Source of the DNA: Eledone cirrhosa
Taxonomy: Eukaryota
Direction: 5' to 3'
NCBI GenBank assembly: GCA_964016885.1
Contig: OZ024740.1
Span: 166,780,001 to 166,844,000 of the forward strand
Length of the DNA: 64,000 bases
Below are positions 38,161 through 53,789 of the stretch, in pieces; within the stretch, counting starts at the first letter, position 1; the number at the start of each line of letters is the position of its first letter. The position numbers were made by a program, and so were the translations under genes. The notes under the pieces are model-generated. The model was given only the letters and a program-made list of their open reading frames with translations, did not search any database and was not told where the DNA came from.

Positions 38161-38429
38161 TCTAATTTTCACTTTTCCTAACACATGATTCCTTTCTGTC
38201 AATTAAATACATAGCATACTGTTCGATATAAGTCTTCTTTTGTTTCATCCTATACAATACATTTCCATAGTTTTTCTTATCTATGTGTGCGTTATCAGAT
38301 CATATGCTTTAGGATAGAAGCAAACAACAAAAAATAACAGGAACACTGACAACAACAACCTCATAAACAACAGTAACCGCAATAACACATCAATAACAAC
38401 AAGATCAACAACAACAAGAACACATGAAC

Positions 38430-39231
38430 AATAAATATACATCAACATTTCGCAGAAACAGTTGTTAAATCCACCAAAATGTTCAGTTTGGATATTTTGA
38501 ACAAAATCACCTATTTGTCACAAGCGGCCAAACTTTTCAAAGTTAGGGCCGCCATAGCTATCCCGCCGAAGGTTTTGACAGGAACTTCCAATAAGACTCA
38601 TACCTATAAATGTATTTTGGTAAAGTCTCGACGACCAGAGTAAAATCTAGACGTCGTAAGGTAGAAGGAGCACAGAACACCATATTGCCGGATTTCCAGC
38701 ACATATCTAAAGCGAGGCAGTTTGGTACTATTTCGGGGTTCTTCAAGAGCGAAGACCTGGTCGTCAGGAAATCTGTTATCTGTTGCCGGATATACAGTCA
38801 TACACTACGCGGCGTACACATGAAAAAGGACAGCAAACTTCAGAATTGCAAGAATCACGCCAGAGCTTGATATTTGTTGTATCGTCACCTTTGTGTTCCT
38901 CGAGAGTAGCGGCACCCTCCTCTAAGAGAAGCGGACTTTAAGGGAAAACTGGTCTGGGATCAGTGTAGAGTTACATGAAAAAAGAAAACAAATGGAGAAG
39001 GTCCAAGACATCATTCGCTTAACAGATGGAGTAGAACTTCACATTAGTTTTGAAGGGAAGAGTTCTCGTTGCCCTCTTTGTGGGCAGACGATCCACTTGA
39101 GAGCTTTCTGCCAGATTACAATATTAGGGCCTCAACAGCCATCACCACCACAACAACGAACAACAACAGCAACTATGACCCCGAAAACACCAACCACAGC
39201 AGTTATAATGACAAAAAGAAACCCAGACTAA
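38430..39231 (+). mobile_element. Gag-like ORF1 relic of a LINE (Tx1/L1-like) with CCHC knuckle
   Basis: ORF 38992-39231 contains CPLCGQTIHLRAFC (CX2CX4HX4C) followed by a Thr/Pro-rich tail. Confidence 0.55.
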
Positions 39232-40922
39232 TTACATCACCATCAGCAACATCAGACTCAAACTAATCCACTCAGGGGTCCGTAAAGAAAGTTCTATATT
39301 TCACTCTCCTTCTCTCTCTCTCTCTTTCCACCCGCACTAAACACACAGACACAGTTGCTTTGCCACAAAAATATTAAATGGCAACCATTGTTAGACACAT
39401 GCAACTCCTCTTCTTCAAGTGAAGGTCAATAGGAAACGCACAGACAAAAAGAAAAAAAACGAGAGCCACACGCAAAACGACAGTCGTGACTCTCTGAAAG
39501 TCACCAACACTCACTCAGGAAAACACAAAACACACACCCACACCAAGCACAAATACATCTGAAGCAGCACCACTTTCTCCATCCCCAACTGGCAACACAA
39601 CCACCATCGACACCACGATCTACACTCCCACAACCACACAAAAAAAACATACGAACACACTAAATCAAAAGCAAATAACACCACATACAGACAACTTCGT
39701 GCTAGTAAGCAGGTTCAACGAAGGACTGATGGCCCATATAGCACGAAGTAAAGAGACTGAGAAAGAAAGCGAAGATCTAAATGGAAACGAAACAGCAATT
39801 TTGACAAAACACCAGTTCCTCTTTATAGGGTGTATAAATATTTGGGTAGTGATGCTCCATTTAATTATCCATTGGAAACTAAAAGTCTCTTAATCCGTTT
39901 ACAAAGCTGTTTTAGGTGCACGTTTGGATTTAGGATTATTTCTACATGTATGCATGTTCAATGCACGTTTGTCATGTCTTCTGTATTTATAATAGTAAAG
40001 TACGCTCCCAGAACACATGTGCTAAGACATATTCTACATGCCACCGAGGTTGCTTTTCATAGATTCGACTTTTCATATATCTCATTATGCCTGGCCGATC
40101 AAATGAAGCAAATATAAACTCCCTTCCCCTTTCTTTAGCTTCTGGGATGATTTTTCATCATGATGTCTTTCAGTATTTTGGAAAACCATACCTTGTAAAC
40201 TTTTCGACCCAAATTCGTACTTTCTAGTTTGCCAAAGGGCACTTTTTTCCCTTCCTTCACTCAATATCTCTTCTCCTCGTACTACAGTCAATCACCAAAC
40301 ATGTTATCAATATTTAATGACGGGCAAGAAAATAAGGCTGCCGAGTGTGGCACCTGTGTCGATTTATCCATTTTTTCTTTCATTCTGTTTGCTATAATAA
40401 AACCTCTAATACTTAAGTAGATTATTGTACTCACACACTTTAACCACTCTACATATCCACGTCAGATCAATTCTCCTCTTTCGCATATTCTTTTATCCGT
40501 AAAAAGTCCTTCCCTATCCCCACCAACAAAAAAATATTAATGCATTGAATGAGTTGGTGAACAACAACAGCTAATATTTCTATAATGTACTTTTAGTTGC
40601 AGCGGCTGCTAGAGCCTCTCTTTATTTCGCCCGTTCAGCATTGATGGTTATATTCTATTCAATATACTACTCAACGTAACAGAGCATAAGGCTCTAGCTA
40701 AATCGAATTGAATTGAGGAAGGCATTGTTGGCCGTTTTGTAAAGTAATGACATCAATAGATTATTGGATATCTTTATTTGACTACAAAATGAACACGTAT
40801 ACGCATCCACTAATACACAAACTCATACATATACGCACATCCTCTCCACACATATTCATACATACATGCATACGTACATACACACATACATATATGCATG
40901 CATACGAATATGCATACTTGCA

Positions 40923-40986
<64 letters not shown>

Positions 40987-41323
40987 CAAATATATATATA
41001 TATACACACACACGCAAATATATATGTGTATATATGTACATATACATAGTAGAGGAATGGATTCAATCTCTATTTTACATTGCCGTGGCAGCTGTATAAA
41101 TTGTTGCAAAGAAGATTTGCTTGAACAGGTTGAGTCAGATATAGTAAACAATGCAACAAAAGCCTTGCAAATATGCAACATGTAAATGCCGTAGCTGACA
41201 ATTAGTCATACAGTTTGATATATAGGGTAGGAAATTATATATACCAGGCGGTCCAAATTTTACGCGAAACTACATAGATAAATATGTAAATGCACGTATA
41301 TAACCCCACACACACACCACACA

Positions 41324-41401
<78 letters not shown>

Positions 41402-42015
41402 ACTCCGAATGTCTCCATACGTCACTCAAGAGAGTCTAGTCTTAATTTTTTTACCCATCCCAATAGCTCATATCTTTCGTAGGTGTAACATTCTTGGTGG
41501 GGCTCAGTTTTATTGCTTCAAGTACCTTAATTAATTAATTAGCATTTGCCAGGTGACCATAGCTGATAGCGAAAGTCAATACGCAGGTATTTGTTCTATA
41601 TTCCGTAAAATACCACAGTATGGAAACAATTGTACGACAGTCAAATGCACATTCGTTAAGAAATCTATACATATACGTTTATAAAAACACATACATACAT
41701 ATATTCATATTTTACTAAGCAAGCTCTCTTGCAATAGATTGAGCATTCATTATATCGGTTTTTACCTACGGATATCCTGCATATACATACACATACATGC
41801 ATGTGTGTGTTTGTGTGTGTGAGTGTACACTTTTGTTTTGCTTTGTTTTGTTTGTGTATTAAGACTCCAATGACACTGAATATTTTGGCAGACAATGCTA
41901 CCCTGGGGGGAGCAGCAGTACCCTCGGTAGGGGTCAATCTGTGTACGTCCATTTCGACGGCCTATAATCGTGGAATTATTTATTGTTCCCAATATATATA
42001 ACTGCACGTTACAAT

Positions 42016-42080
<65 letters not shown>

Positions 42081-42130
42081 ACAAACAAAGTATGGGTTCC
42101 TTGCTCTTTTCCTATACATATATATATATT

Positions 42131-42161
<31 letters not shown>

Positions 42162-43048
42162 TAATATACATACTCACATACATATTCAGTTCATTTTATC
42201 TAAATTCTAAAAAATCACGTTTATCTAATGTAGAACTAATGTTGTTTTACACGCGTATATTTTGTCACTATCTTCTGTATAATGCAAGCAGAATTTTCTT
42301 ACGTTTAAATATTGTTTACAATTTTTCTTAAATAGTTTTTTTTTTTAAATCCCATCCTAATAATCATTTCACAAGCTCACCATTATTTTCTTGTATAAAA
42401 TATTTTATATAGTCGTATTTTTTTCTGCGCAGTTCTATAAGCTATTTTAGCTTCTCTATCTAGCAGCAGCTCATCTTTAACAACGTATCGATGTCATATT
42501 TTTTTGATATTCAATATATTTAATTATATGCGAGTATTAAAAATTGTTGGTATCAATACAAATATATTATACATTAATATATTATCTAGGTAGAACAAAT
42601 AATCTCAATAAATGCGAGAATTTAAAATGAAGATGGATTATGAAGCGCTATGATATTAACGATAAAGCATAAACACCTGCTGTAGTAATGCACTTCACAT
42701 CAGTATAATGCAGCTGGTTAACTCAATACAAATATAGTGAAATTGTTTTTAAAGATATCTATTCATATGTCTTAATGAGGATTATACAAGATTTAGTCTC
42801 GAAGCATAAAAACACGTACATGTCTCTAAAGGAATCTACATAATGGTAGCATCATGTACTCTAGATATGTTAAAATATATCATATTTTTATTCACTGTCA
42901 GAAAAATCATCAGTTTCTCTGTGTATCAGTCACTCATGAGAGGCAAATATATGAGTCAAGTGTTTTCGCTCAAAACAGCTCAAAGACGATATGGGATAAA
43001 TCTGTTGACAGCGTTATAATATTGGCCAATATCTATATCTGGTTGTTT

Positions 43049-43176
<128 letters not shown>

Positions 43177-43214
43177 ATATTAACAAATGGAAACTATATT
43201 TATAAAACCATATT

Positions 43215-43280
43215 TATTTCATTATACACATTTCAAGGGCCACCAAGGTAAACTATGGTGCGCTTTCATCAGATAAAATA
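43215..43280 (-). ncRNA. Type I hammerhead ribozyme motif
   Basis: Reverse complement TATTTTAT-CTGATGA-AAGCGCACCA..TGGTGGCCCTT-GAAA-TGTGTA-TA-ATGAAATA. Confidence 0.75.
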
Positions 43281-43434
43281 TAAAATAGGTTAGTTTTATA
43301 AATAAATATTGACATACCCTTAAAAAATGCAACCATTCTTGTTAATATATTGTATATTTGTTGAGTGCTTTATATCAGTTATAAAAATATTTTGCTTGAT
43401 GTATCCCAACAAATTAAATATAACCTCTACATAT

Positions 43435-43501
<67 letters not shown>

Positions 43502-43613
43502 CATATATATACATATATATATATATAATAAAGAATTCATATCTAGTAACATATATATACATACAGATGCATATCAATGCTAGCAAATATATAGGTTTTG
43601 TCTTAGAATAGAC

Positions 43614-43692
43614 TTTCCTGACGACGGAATGCTTTCTATATTATTCTTCGGAAAATATATTTACTCCATTCCAGAAACTAATTAGTTGGAAA
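43614..43692 (+). ncRNA. Type I hammerhead ribozyme motif with long stem II
   Basis: TTTC-CTGACGA-C-GGAATG..CATTCC-A-GAAA-CTAATTAG-TT-GGAAA; palindromic stem III. Confidence 0.65.
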
Positions 43693-43745
43693 TGATATTT
43701 TAGTAAGTAAGTTAATTTTATAATTTTCTTATTTTACGTCTCTTA

Positions 43746-43830
<85 letters not shown>

Positions 43831-43844
43831 TATGTATACATATG

Positions 43845-43903
<59 letters not shown>

Positions 43904-43908
<5 letters not shown>

Positions 43909-44365
43909 GAAAGGATGAATATAAAATGAAAGTGCTTTTGTTAAAAAAGGAATTTATTAGGTATTGACATATGTTTCTGTAACAGACCGAATACCTATGT
44001 ATCGCTGCTTGCGTAATCATATAATGTTAGCAAGTATTCGATAGCAAATGTATAATCAGTTGTCACTTCTTCAGAGATTTTGGATAAACTGGATAAAATC
44101 AGAAAAATTGAAGTATTTATATTAGTAAAAGAGGAAGGAACAGAGGGGATAGAATATGACAGATGGTAAAATAATTTACTGCTAAACAAGTATATAATGG
44201 GTTTTTAATGAGAATACCATGAGTAAATCTAAATAAGAATTTTGGGAGTGCCGATTTTAATCTCTACTTGACCAACTGGACAGTGGACAGGGCTGGTCAT
44301 TTGGTGCAGTAGTATTAATTTTTTTTAACAAAAGCACTTTCATTTTATATTCATCCTTTCTACAT
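43904..44365. repeat. Element bounded by 45-bp perfect inverted repeats, containing a minus-strand hammerhead-like core
   Basis: 43904-43948 is the reverse complement of 44321-44365. Minus strand about 44078-43963 reads CTGAAGA-A-GTGACA..(~75 nt)..TGTTAC-A-GAAA-CATATG-TC; stem I is poor. Confidence 0.75.
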
Positions 44366-44480
44366 TTCTCCGGAATATAATTTATACTCGTTGAGCAAAC
44401 CTGCACGTACGCTGTTCATCTCTAACGTAACGATATATTATCACTACATTATTGATAACCTGAAATTTTATATATATATG

Positions 44481-44596
<116 letters not shown>

Positions 44597-47500
44597 CTGG
44601 TTTCAGTAATTGGAATATGGAATTTATTTGAAAATTCTTTGATGTTTTTAATTAATTATATCGACTGCACAATTTTGTATTACATCTTTCTTGTAAAATT
44701 TGAAATGCAAAAGAGGATATTTGTGATGGAATGCAAGTAAGACGATTTTGAATCTTGCAGGATATTTCTGTTTGGTTGTACCGACTCTCTCAGAATGCAA
44801 GTTTTATCCTAAGTATATACATATATGCCTTGACACTCAAGAAGATTCCCCCCCCCCCCCCTACAAATGTTCAGGTACAGTGCATTGACCAATACGACGT
44901 TATGGTAGAAAGCATTTGTATAAACGGGTGTGATGCGAGACAGAACGTACGTACTGAACAAACCAACATCTTAGCCACACATCAATTGTGAAATTATAAA
45001 AGCATAAATTAATGAAGAGACACTGTATTCATTGTTACCTAGCTGCAGGAATTCATTTTCAATAAAGCGCTATACATTTAAGACGTTAACATCCACACAT
45101 ACCCATGAATATAGATGTCATATAATTGTAACTCTATATATCTATGTAACAAACTAGCCTATCCGCCAATTCATGTCCCCGTGAAATTACTACAGAAACC
45201 ATATCATCAACTGTTTAATTGCCACTTGAAATTCAATACATTGAAAATTACAAGTGCAACAGTTTCGTTCAAGATAGTGTTATCATAGCACATATCATTT
45301 ACAGTATGTCATTCTGGTAACTAGATGCAATATTTCAGTCTATAATGTTTAGTAATTGTGTTTCTGAACCGAAAAAATATGTTTGTTTCTCTATATAACT
45401 GCATCAGAATAATTACATTTTTTCATTTATTCATAATTTTACAAGATGTTTAATCGAAAGGATTAAAAATAATATCAATTTATTTGATCCCAGCATTTTA
45501 ATGTTATTTCATGTATAAACTCAGCATGAGTCAAAAGAAAAAATAAAGAGAGGAGAGAAGCAGATTACATACCAATTTCTCTCTAGTAGTGGAGAACTCG
45601 TCATGGAATTGAAATGCTACAATGTTTTTAATTATCCTTATTTATAACTTAAATCATACAAACTTCGGAGAAGGGTTGAAGTTTTATGAATTCCATTTGC
45701 GAATGAATAGATTATTCACGATATTATGGATATTTTTTCAATGGCATTAAGAAAGAGGTAAAACATTATTTGATATTCTTTCAAGTGTAGTGTGAATTAA
45801 ATATCATACGTTAGATGTCTTTATAAATTACATAGGTACCCTCCCAAAATAAACTCCAACATCATGCGTGATACTAAACCAACCGAATGTTAACACATTA
45901 ACACTTCAATGTTTCAAATTTTAACAAATTAAAGTTACTTTGCTTTTGATGCAGTAGACTGTTTACCTTAGAAATATAAAACATATGATATGATTTATTG
46001 AATCAGTTAGGCATAGAATGATGAGTTGCATTTCAATGCATTTCAGCGATATTTTCTCACAAAAGAGAGTACCCTTTAGTATAATCAGTCGATCTCTTTC
46101 GATTCTAAAGATGAGTGTTCCAGTTATTATATCAACGGTATACTCTTTAAATTTACATGTACGTGGCTGCATATTTTACATTAAATGGTACAATTAAATT
46201 AATTTGCAAAGATATTTTGCGTGTTACATGTTTGTGAAGGCTCTCTCTCTCTCTCCCGTCCCCCACCTCTCTGTCTCACACTTTATCACTCACTCTCACT
46301 CACTCTCTCCGGCTGTATTCCATCACACATACTTCCAAAGAGCTTCCATCATTATAATTTCATTCACAATACATTGGTCGCACTTGGAATAGAGCAAAAA
46401 TGAAATGTTCCAATCACAGAACCTCAAATTTGTGGTGAAAATGCCTTACCCATTTGCATATGCTGCGTCCCAGTTTACACAAGGTTCTCTTCTTATTAAA
46501 CTGTTCAAATACTAACCACAAGAACACCGAATGGTGTCTCAACAATGTCACACCTATGTGGTGAATGGAACAGCTATCTCCTAGATATAGGAACCAATTT
46601 CTCATCAAACAAAGTGCAATATTTCTCATAGGGTGACAACTCGTATTGTGTAGTCTTGGCTACATTTGGGAGAATATATTGATGTGGTTGAAACGCTTTG
46701 ATTCTAATCTGCTTGAATATAACAGACCGGGATCTAAACTAACAAACCACAACAACTGTGACGACTACTACAAAATGCACAAACCACTCACGTCAGGAAG
46801 CTATCTCGCCACTCAAGTAACTAACCTGTATATCAACAATCAGACTAGTCATCGCACCTTTCAACTCATAAAACAAAGCAAACAGCGCTTGCCTGATTAG
46901 AGAATCATTGAAAAGGAAGTCCGGCTATGATTCCACAATAAAATTATGCCTCATTCTATGTATTGATTGGAAAGATTATTATTTATTCTGTAGTACCACT
47001 TTCATATCGGAAACTGGTTTGAAAGTTCATCCTGACTTGCTGTAACATATTGTAAATTTCCATGGGTTGATGTCAGATTAATACCACACAGCTCTATCAT
47101 ACATCAGCATCGTTCTCTATCGCATTCTGACGTCATCACTGGCTATTACGAGGCCTCATTACTTGTCTTTATTTTGTTTTTACCCCACCTGTTATTTTCA
47201 TGCAAATTTCTGTTGAAGTCTATATTTTAAATTGCATGACTAACGTGACTAAGAAAATGAATGAATATCACAATAACTGATGTACAAAATTGTGTGCAAG
47301 TCATGGAGAAAATAAAATAAAAGGTGACTCGCAGATTTAGATATAATAATAAAAGAATAAATTGTGTTATTGGTTACAATGTAAATAGTTGATGGTGTAT
47401 CATTGTTGGTAAATCGATAGTGTTTAATTATTTATATTCCATGAGTAATAACATAGCATAATGGTATTAAAGCAATGTGTGATAATCTAATTCTCGTGTC

Positions 47501-47660
47501 CTTTAATGATTTTATGGTATTTAGTCTGATTAGATTGCAATTAGCGTTTAACTAGTTTCTCTGATTAGTGTAATATACTCCGTAATTATCTCTCAAGTAA
47601 TACCATGCATATTGTCATATATTCCACAATTTCCTAGATATTAAGAATTTACATTATTAA

Positions 47661-47855
47661 AGGGCTATCGATTGGCAGTATCGGTAGAGGGTCGGACGCC
47701 ATGCTTTGACGCATAGAGTTACGGCCCTTTCTATTCTAAGTTCAAATACCGCCGAGGTTAACTTGTTTCTTTATCCTTACGGGGTCGATAAAATAAAGTA
47801 CCAGTAATGCACTGGGTAATTGCTGGTATTGTGCCAAAAAGTAGAATCAATTATT
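47661..47855 (+). mobile_element. SINE family A
   Basis: Core match; TSD ATTATTAAAG at 47653-47662 and 47850-47859. Confidence 0.9.
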
Positions 47856-50800
47856 AAAGATACGTAGTAAATTTAGATCCTGACCTGAATATCTTCGAAA
47901 TACACTCATTTTGTTTTTTTAACCCGAAGAACAGATTCATCTAGCATTTAAGACCTAATGCCTTTTCTTTGGGAGATTTCTTGCATTATACAAAATGCAA
48001 TTTGTCTCGAATATTCGGATGCTGTAACGATCTGTAATAAGTTGTCTGCCACCTGAGCCATATTTATCTTTAACAAATATTTACTAATACAAGATGATGT
48101 GTGTACTGTGTCTGCAAGAGTTGAGATAAAATCTCATTTCCTAACACAAAATTTACATCAAAAGAAATTTCTATACTGAGAAATGCGAAAGAAAAAAAAA
48201 ACGAAAAATAAACTTAGTTTATTCTTTTCCGATGTGTGATGTTGAAAACTTCAATCACAATTTCAATATTTTTTTTTTAATATTCTGGTTTTGACACATA
48301 ATTATTTTTAAATGTTTTTAGAAGAAAAAAAAATAGGATTATTTCTAGGCATTTTCACATGTTTGGAAACAGTATTGAAGTTATAGGTTCAATTCTCATT
48401 AAAAAAATACTTCGTAGTTAGTTAGATCAAAGAGGAATATTGTTTATTTATTCATTGATTTCTGTCTACCTGTATGATTGGTAAATAGAAAGTGTTTTTC
48501 GCAAGAAAATTGCAAATTGGTGAATTGAATACTGCAGTGTGAAGATTTGCGGGAATGAATTCATATCTAAATAATTCAAGCTTAAACATATATATAGTTA
48601 ATATGAAAATTGAAATTAAAATATTAAATATAATTCACCAAAATACCGATTTATCCCAATAATATTTGGAATGTAATTATAAGCAGTAATATTTTCAGTC
48701 GTATTCAAAATGGACTATAATCAAATGTGTTGAAGTCAATAACACCTTATCTAATATTTTTTCTTTACAAAGAGTGGTTTTGTTTGTAGATGAGGAGGTG
48801 AGATTCGAAACTTATTTTTCTCCTATTTCTCGCTTGACATTTACACTAGATTATGTTAGAGTATCCCTTGGGATACGGTTTGGCCTCAACCTTTTGTCGC
48901 TCATCAGATGGCATAGAATATTCCTCGTTAGCTCTTCTAATTTTCTCCTGTCATAGTACCAATTCCTCCGTAACTCATATTAAACTGATTAATCTTGCAA
49001 CAATGTTGAGAATGTTCTCTTCCTCCTGACTGAAACTATAAAACTATATAATTCTTCAAAGTAAGCTAAATCCTTGTAATGTGTGGGTAAATTTACTTCT
49101 ACTTCAGCAGGGCGGTGATCACGGAAAGTCATATTGTTGTACAGGTCCGAATGTTGTCAACTATAATTAGCTGAAATTAATAACAATTAAGTAATCTTCT
49201 TCATATAAATAGAAGAAATTAAATTACGCAATAAAGCCAAAGTTCATTGTGAAAAATTCTGCGGAAATTGGTTGCATTTTAATGACAATCTATCATAATG
49301 TTCATCTATTAAAGAGATTATTTCAATAACTATATAGAAATATAGTATTTAAAAATAGAAATCAACTGGTTTTAATATCTCATTAATATAATTATACACT
49401 TGTGTAAAATTAATTATATCTATAGTATACGAAAACGAATGTCTTGTGATTGTTTTTCATTCTATGCTTTATTAAAAGCAAACATCATTTTGAATTCTCC
49501 GTCTTCTTGTTGTTTTTGTTGATGGTATTTCTGGTGGAAGCAGTGTAACTGCAATTCATTTTTCTCCTTTCTCGTGATGCTTATTGATATTCCTTATGTG
49601 TGAAAGTTAGTATAGATTTTATACTTGTTATCGACTTTACTTTTTATAATAGAGACGATGATGATGTTGAATTAATCAGGTGAACACCATCATAGACATC
49701 TTAGAGTTGAGAAATTCCCATCAGTATTTCTGTCACATAAATGCCAGTTGACCTGTGACTATGAATGATAACCACTCATATTTACAGAATCTTGGTAATA
49801 TAAAAGACACATAAACTAATAAATGTAGTTTGTTTTTATTGAATTATCAAATATGTGACAATATTGAAATTTCTGAGATTAAATTTAATTTATGTGGCTG
49901 TAGATTTTTTTCATTTCAATTTAATTTTTGTTGAATCTAAGCTGTCTCTGCTCATGATTTGTATCTTCAGGTTCGATCAATCACATATGTATATCTCACA
50001 AAAAAGAAACGTTTGAATTAGCTATATAAATACAGCTAATCATATACAGTTATCAGCTTATTTCCACTACTGGCATGCCTTCTTTTCTCTCTGCCATATC
50101 AATAGGTTTGATCTATCTTTTGCGTTTTATTAGACTTTGTACTGGAAAATCCCACCAGTTCACTTTCAAATTAGGAATGCATATACCCACCACATCACTC
50201 TAAACATATATAATTTTATTCTCAGGATTATCTTTCTTGCGGTTTTTGTAGTATTGTATATTGACTACTACATCATGCATCATCGGTAGATACTAGTGTC
50301 AAGACATCTTTGGATAGCTACTTATAAGATGTGTGCTATCTAGGTGTTTTGTCTCTATACATATCTCTTTTATTCACCAGCTTTTTCGTTGTTATTTTGG
50401 ATACATGGATTACAAAAGCTTTATTTTTTTTTTAATGCGAGAGTTAATATACCTCTTGTTGGTTCCAAATAGACTAATTTTCTTTATCGATAAGGCTTTC
50501 ACTTTCAAGGTTTCTTGCAACATAGTCAAGCATTATTTTTGTTGCTGATAAGCATGCAGCTTTTCATCCATGAATTTGTTTCCCTATGTGTGAGATTTTG
50601 GTTATCATGCATGGCGTGTTTCTCAAGGAGTGTCTTACCAACCAACTCTCATGACCTTATCTGCCACATGTCGACAGATTTATATAAGTATGTATGTATG
50701 TATGCATGTATGTACGTATGCATGTATGTATGACTATATGCTTTTGTTTGTAGACACATATACATATAGATATATGCAAAGAAAGGTATATACATGACGA

Positions 50801-51325
50801 TAACATGCGTTTGAGTTATCAACCAAATTACTCTAGTAATTGTGATTGGTGACAAACTACAGTTTAGTTCCTTTCCTTTGCATACGTTTTTATTTAACAG
50901 AACACCATTGATTTTATCTATTGCAATTTCAAATTAGCTGAATGTGGAGGTGAAATAAATGAAAGAGCTGAGGGTAACATCAATATAAAAAAAATCAATC
51001 GTTAAAATGCATATTACACCAGTCATCAGACACGAGAAAGATTCAGGGTACAAAAAAAAAACAAGACATGGGAATATACTAATATACGAACGGGTTATAA
51101 TCTTCGAGAAACTCGAAAATCAGACAAGCGATCAATGATCCAGGTGTTATTGAAATAGAAATCTGACAAATAATAAAATGAAAGTGACTAAAAGGCGAGA
51201 GGCATTCATGTGAAACTTATGAATAAAGAGAAGGGAGAAACTATATACAATGTGGACATGCAAAACAACTATATTTACACAATTTAAAATGCAACAACCG
51301 TGTATATTAACGTTTATTATGAATA

Positions 51326-51508
51326 GTGGATTGGCAGTATAGGTAGAGAGTCGGACGCCATGCTCTCCAGCATAGTTACGTCCCTTTACGATCTGAGTTC
51401 AAATCACGCCGAGGTTGACTTTGCCTTTCATAATTACGGGGTCGATAAAATAAAGTACCAGTAATGCACTGGGTATTTGCTGGCCTTGTGTCTAAAGTAG
51501 AAACAATT
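51326..51508 (+). mobile_element. SINE family A
   Basis: Core match. Confidence 0.9.
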
Positions 51509-52725
51509 TTGAATAACTACCCGCCCTGATAATTCATATATTCATCTATGTAAATCACCTAATTAGCACCTAGTATAGTATTACGTAGTTGATTGCTGGT
51601 GTTCCATGATACATTTTATTGTGTTAGTCTCACATTATATTATAAATATTTTAAGGAAATATAGGCTGTTTTAGATTGAGTGAAAAGGCCGCGTCGCTGG
51701 TTAGATGAAGAATTACAGAATATATTGTAAACCGTCCACTAACACACAGTTAATTATATTATCATATGTAACGCACTGTAAACATCTATTCTCTACTTTG
51801 GTTGCAAACTAAAGTGATATTATTTTACTTTGAAAGGGAGCTCAAGTGATATATAATTGCTTTGAAAAAGTATTACTAAAAACTCATGTAAAATCCAATC
51901 AAATTTCAGTATTATGCAAAAATGCAGCGAATACAGAGTCAAAATATGCAGAATATAGAGTCAAAACTTGCAGACTCAGGCTGTTCTACGCTTCCGTATG
52001 TACGCAAACATTTGCTTGCTGAAAGAATATATACAGTTAATAAAACCTATATCATTTTCTTCTTTCAATAAATATGGGAGAGAATACTTGTCATATTTCG
52101 GAGTTATTAAACATCCTTAGCCTAACATTTGATTTCTATCAATTATTACTAAATTGGTCGTTAGATTTTACGCTGGACGGCTAGTTACTCTTACAATATG
52201 TATATAATAACTTGTTAGATTCATTCTGACACAGTTGACTAGATGACACTACTAAATATAAATGTTGATTACATAGTGATAGCTTGATTAATGAATCCTA
52301 ATAAAAAAATTCATCATTGTTTTCATTGTTGTTTACTCAGTGCTCTGCTATTATGAATCAGACTTATGGTCAATTAGGCTTTACCCATGACCACCCAATT
52401 TGTTTCTGAGCACTGTATATTTCAAATACTTTAAACGAAAGTGTACTTCTAGTTTAAATGATAGTAGAGTGTAATTTGCTAGGGGTTTGTTATTTCGAGC
52501 TGGACGAGCTTCCCAGTAACAGTTAAGACACTAACTTGTAATCCTGATGGGATATAGATACTTTGGTAAGTAGATATGCCTCAATTGGATTCATATAAGA
52601 TGTAAAACTTGATTAGATAAATATGACTTGTTATATTCGAAGAAACTGCTGCCTAACGTATGATAAATAGATAGCGACGTAGACAGGATGTTTTAAATAA
52701 AATAATTGACATGGCAGCTCCTTAT

Positions 52726-52777
<52 letters not shown>

Positions 52778-53789
52778 ATGTGTCGGGGAAATTGTTAGGT
52801 TGTATTCAGGTCTACATTTCAGAATATGTAACATAAGAGTCTAACATGGAATTCCAGCGATTATATTATTTAGATGCTAAGGTTTTACCAGTAGTCAGCT
52901 TGTATGAAAAACGCACAAATACGTTGTTATTGATAATTGGGAAGTAGTATCTACTTTCACTGTTCTCTTTGAAATCGTCATAGTCACTTTCACTTCTAAT
53001 TTTTTTCTTCTCCAAAATTCATGTACACAACAAAATTAAAGAAAATGAAGCAAAAATACAGTTCTCTAAATTATTTCTAGCTGTAAAATTAGGTTTATTT
53101 TATATTACGTTACTCAAGATAAACAAGTTAGAAGTCACCACATTCCTTGTAGATGAATAGAATGTTTTTAAAATTTCAGCAGACATATTTTATATAGCTT
53201 TTCTTCTTAGAGATTTCTTCTTTGAATATAGTAAACATTGTTGGAATTTTTTTCTTGCTAACTACCAAACGTATGCTAACCATAACAAATGTGTACACTG
53301 TCTCTCCTTTTTAAGCTAAGAGATTTTTGTATTGTAGCAATTACTCAAACAATGTGAACAAAATAAACTAATTTCCGCTATTCACTACTTATATCTATGT
53401 AGACTGTCAGTCTTCATTTTAATGTTACAAAGATACATTTACTTTATTGACATTGCTTACCTATAGTAGCACCTTGCTAACGACATGCTGTGTATGAGGA
53501 AATGATTTCTTGAAAGAAATATATAAACACATTATAAATGCTAATGTTGTGAGTTCATATCATGGCATAGTAACTTCCTGTTGATAAATAATTAAAACTA
53601 AATGAGATAAAATTGGAGTGTTTTTGCCTCTTTGCATTTGGGTAATTGACGTGGTAGATAGGTGGGTGACAAATCGGTGGCATGTACAGAATAGCAGCAG
53701 ATCCTGTTCGTCTGTTTCTATATCGGAAGGCGGGTTAAATGTACGCTAATATTCATTTGATTATCCGTATTTTATTTTGCGTGAATGTT

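Noticed and set aside
46400-46900. ~500-nt plus frame interrupted only by three TGA codons
   Set aside because: No recognisable protein motif or SECIS; compatible with chance.
48885-48915. CTGATGA matches on the minus strand at about 48907 and 51029, and on the plus strand at about 15077
   Set aside because: No stem II/GAAA/stem III arrangement follows.
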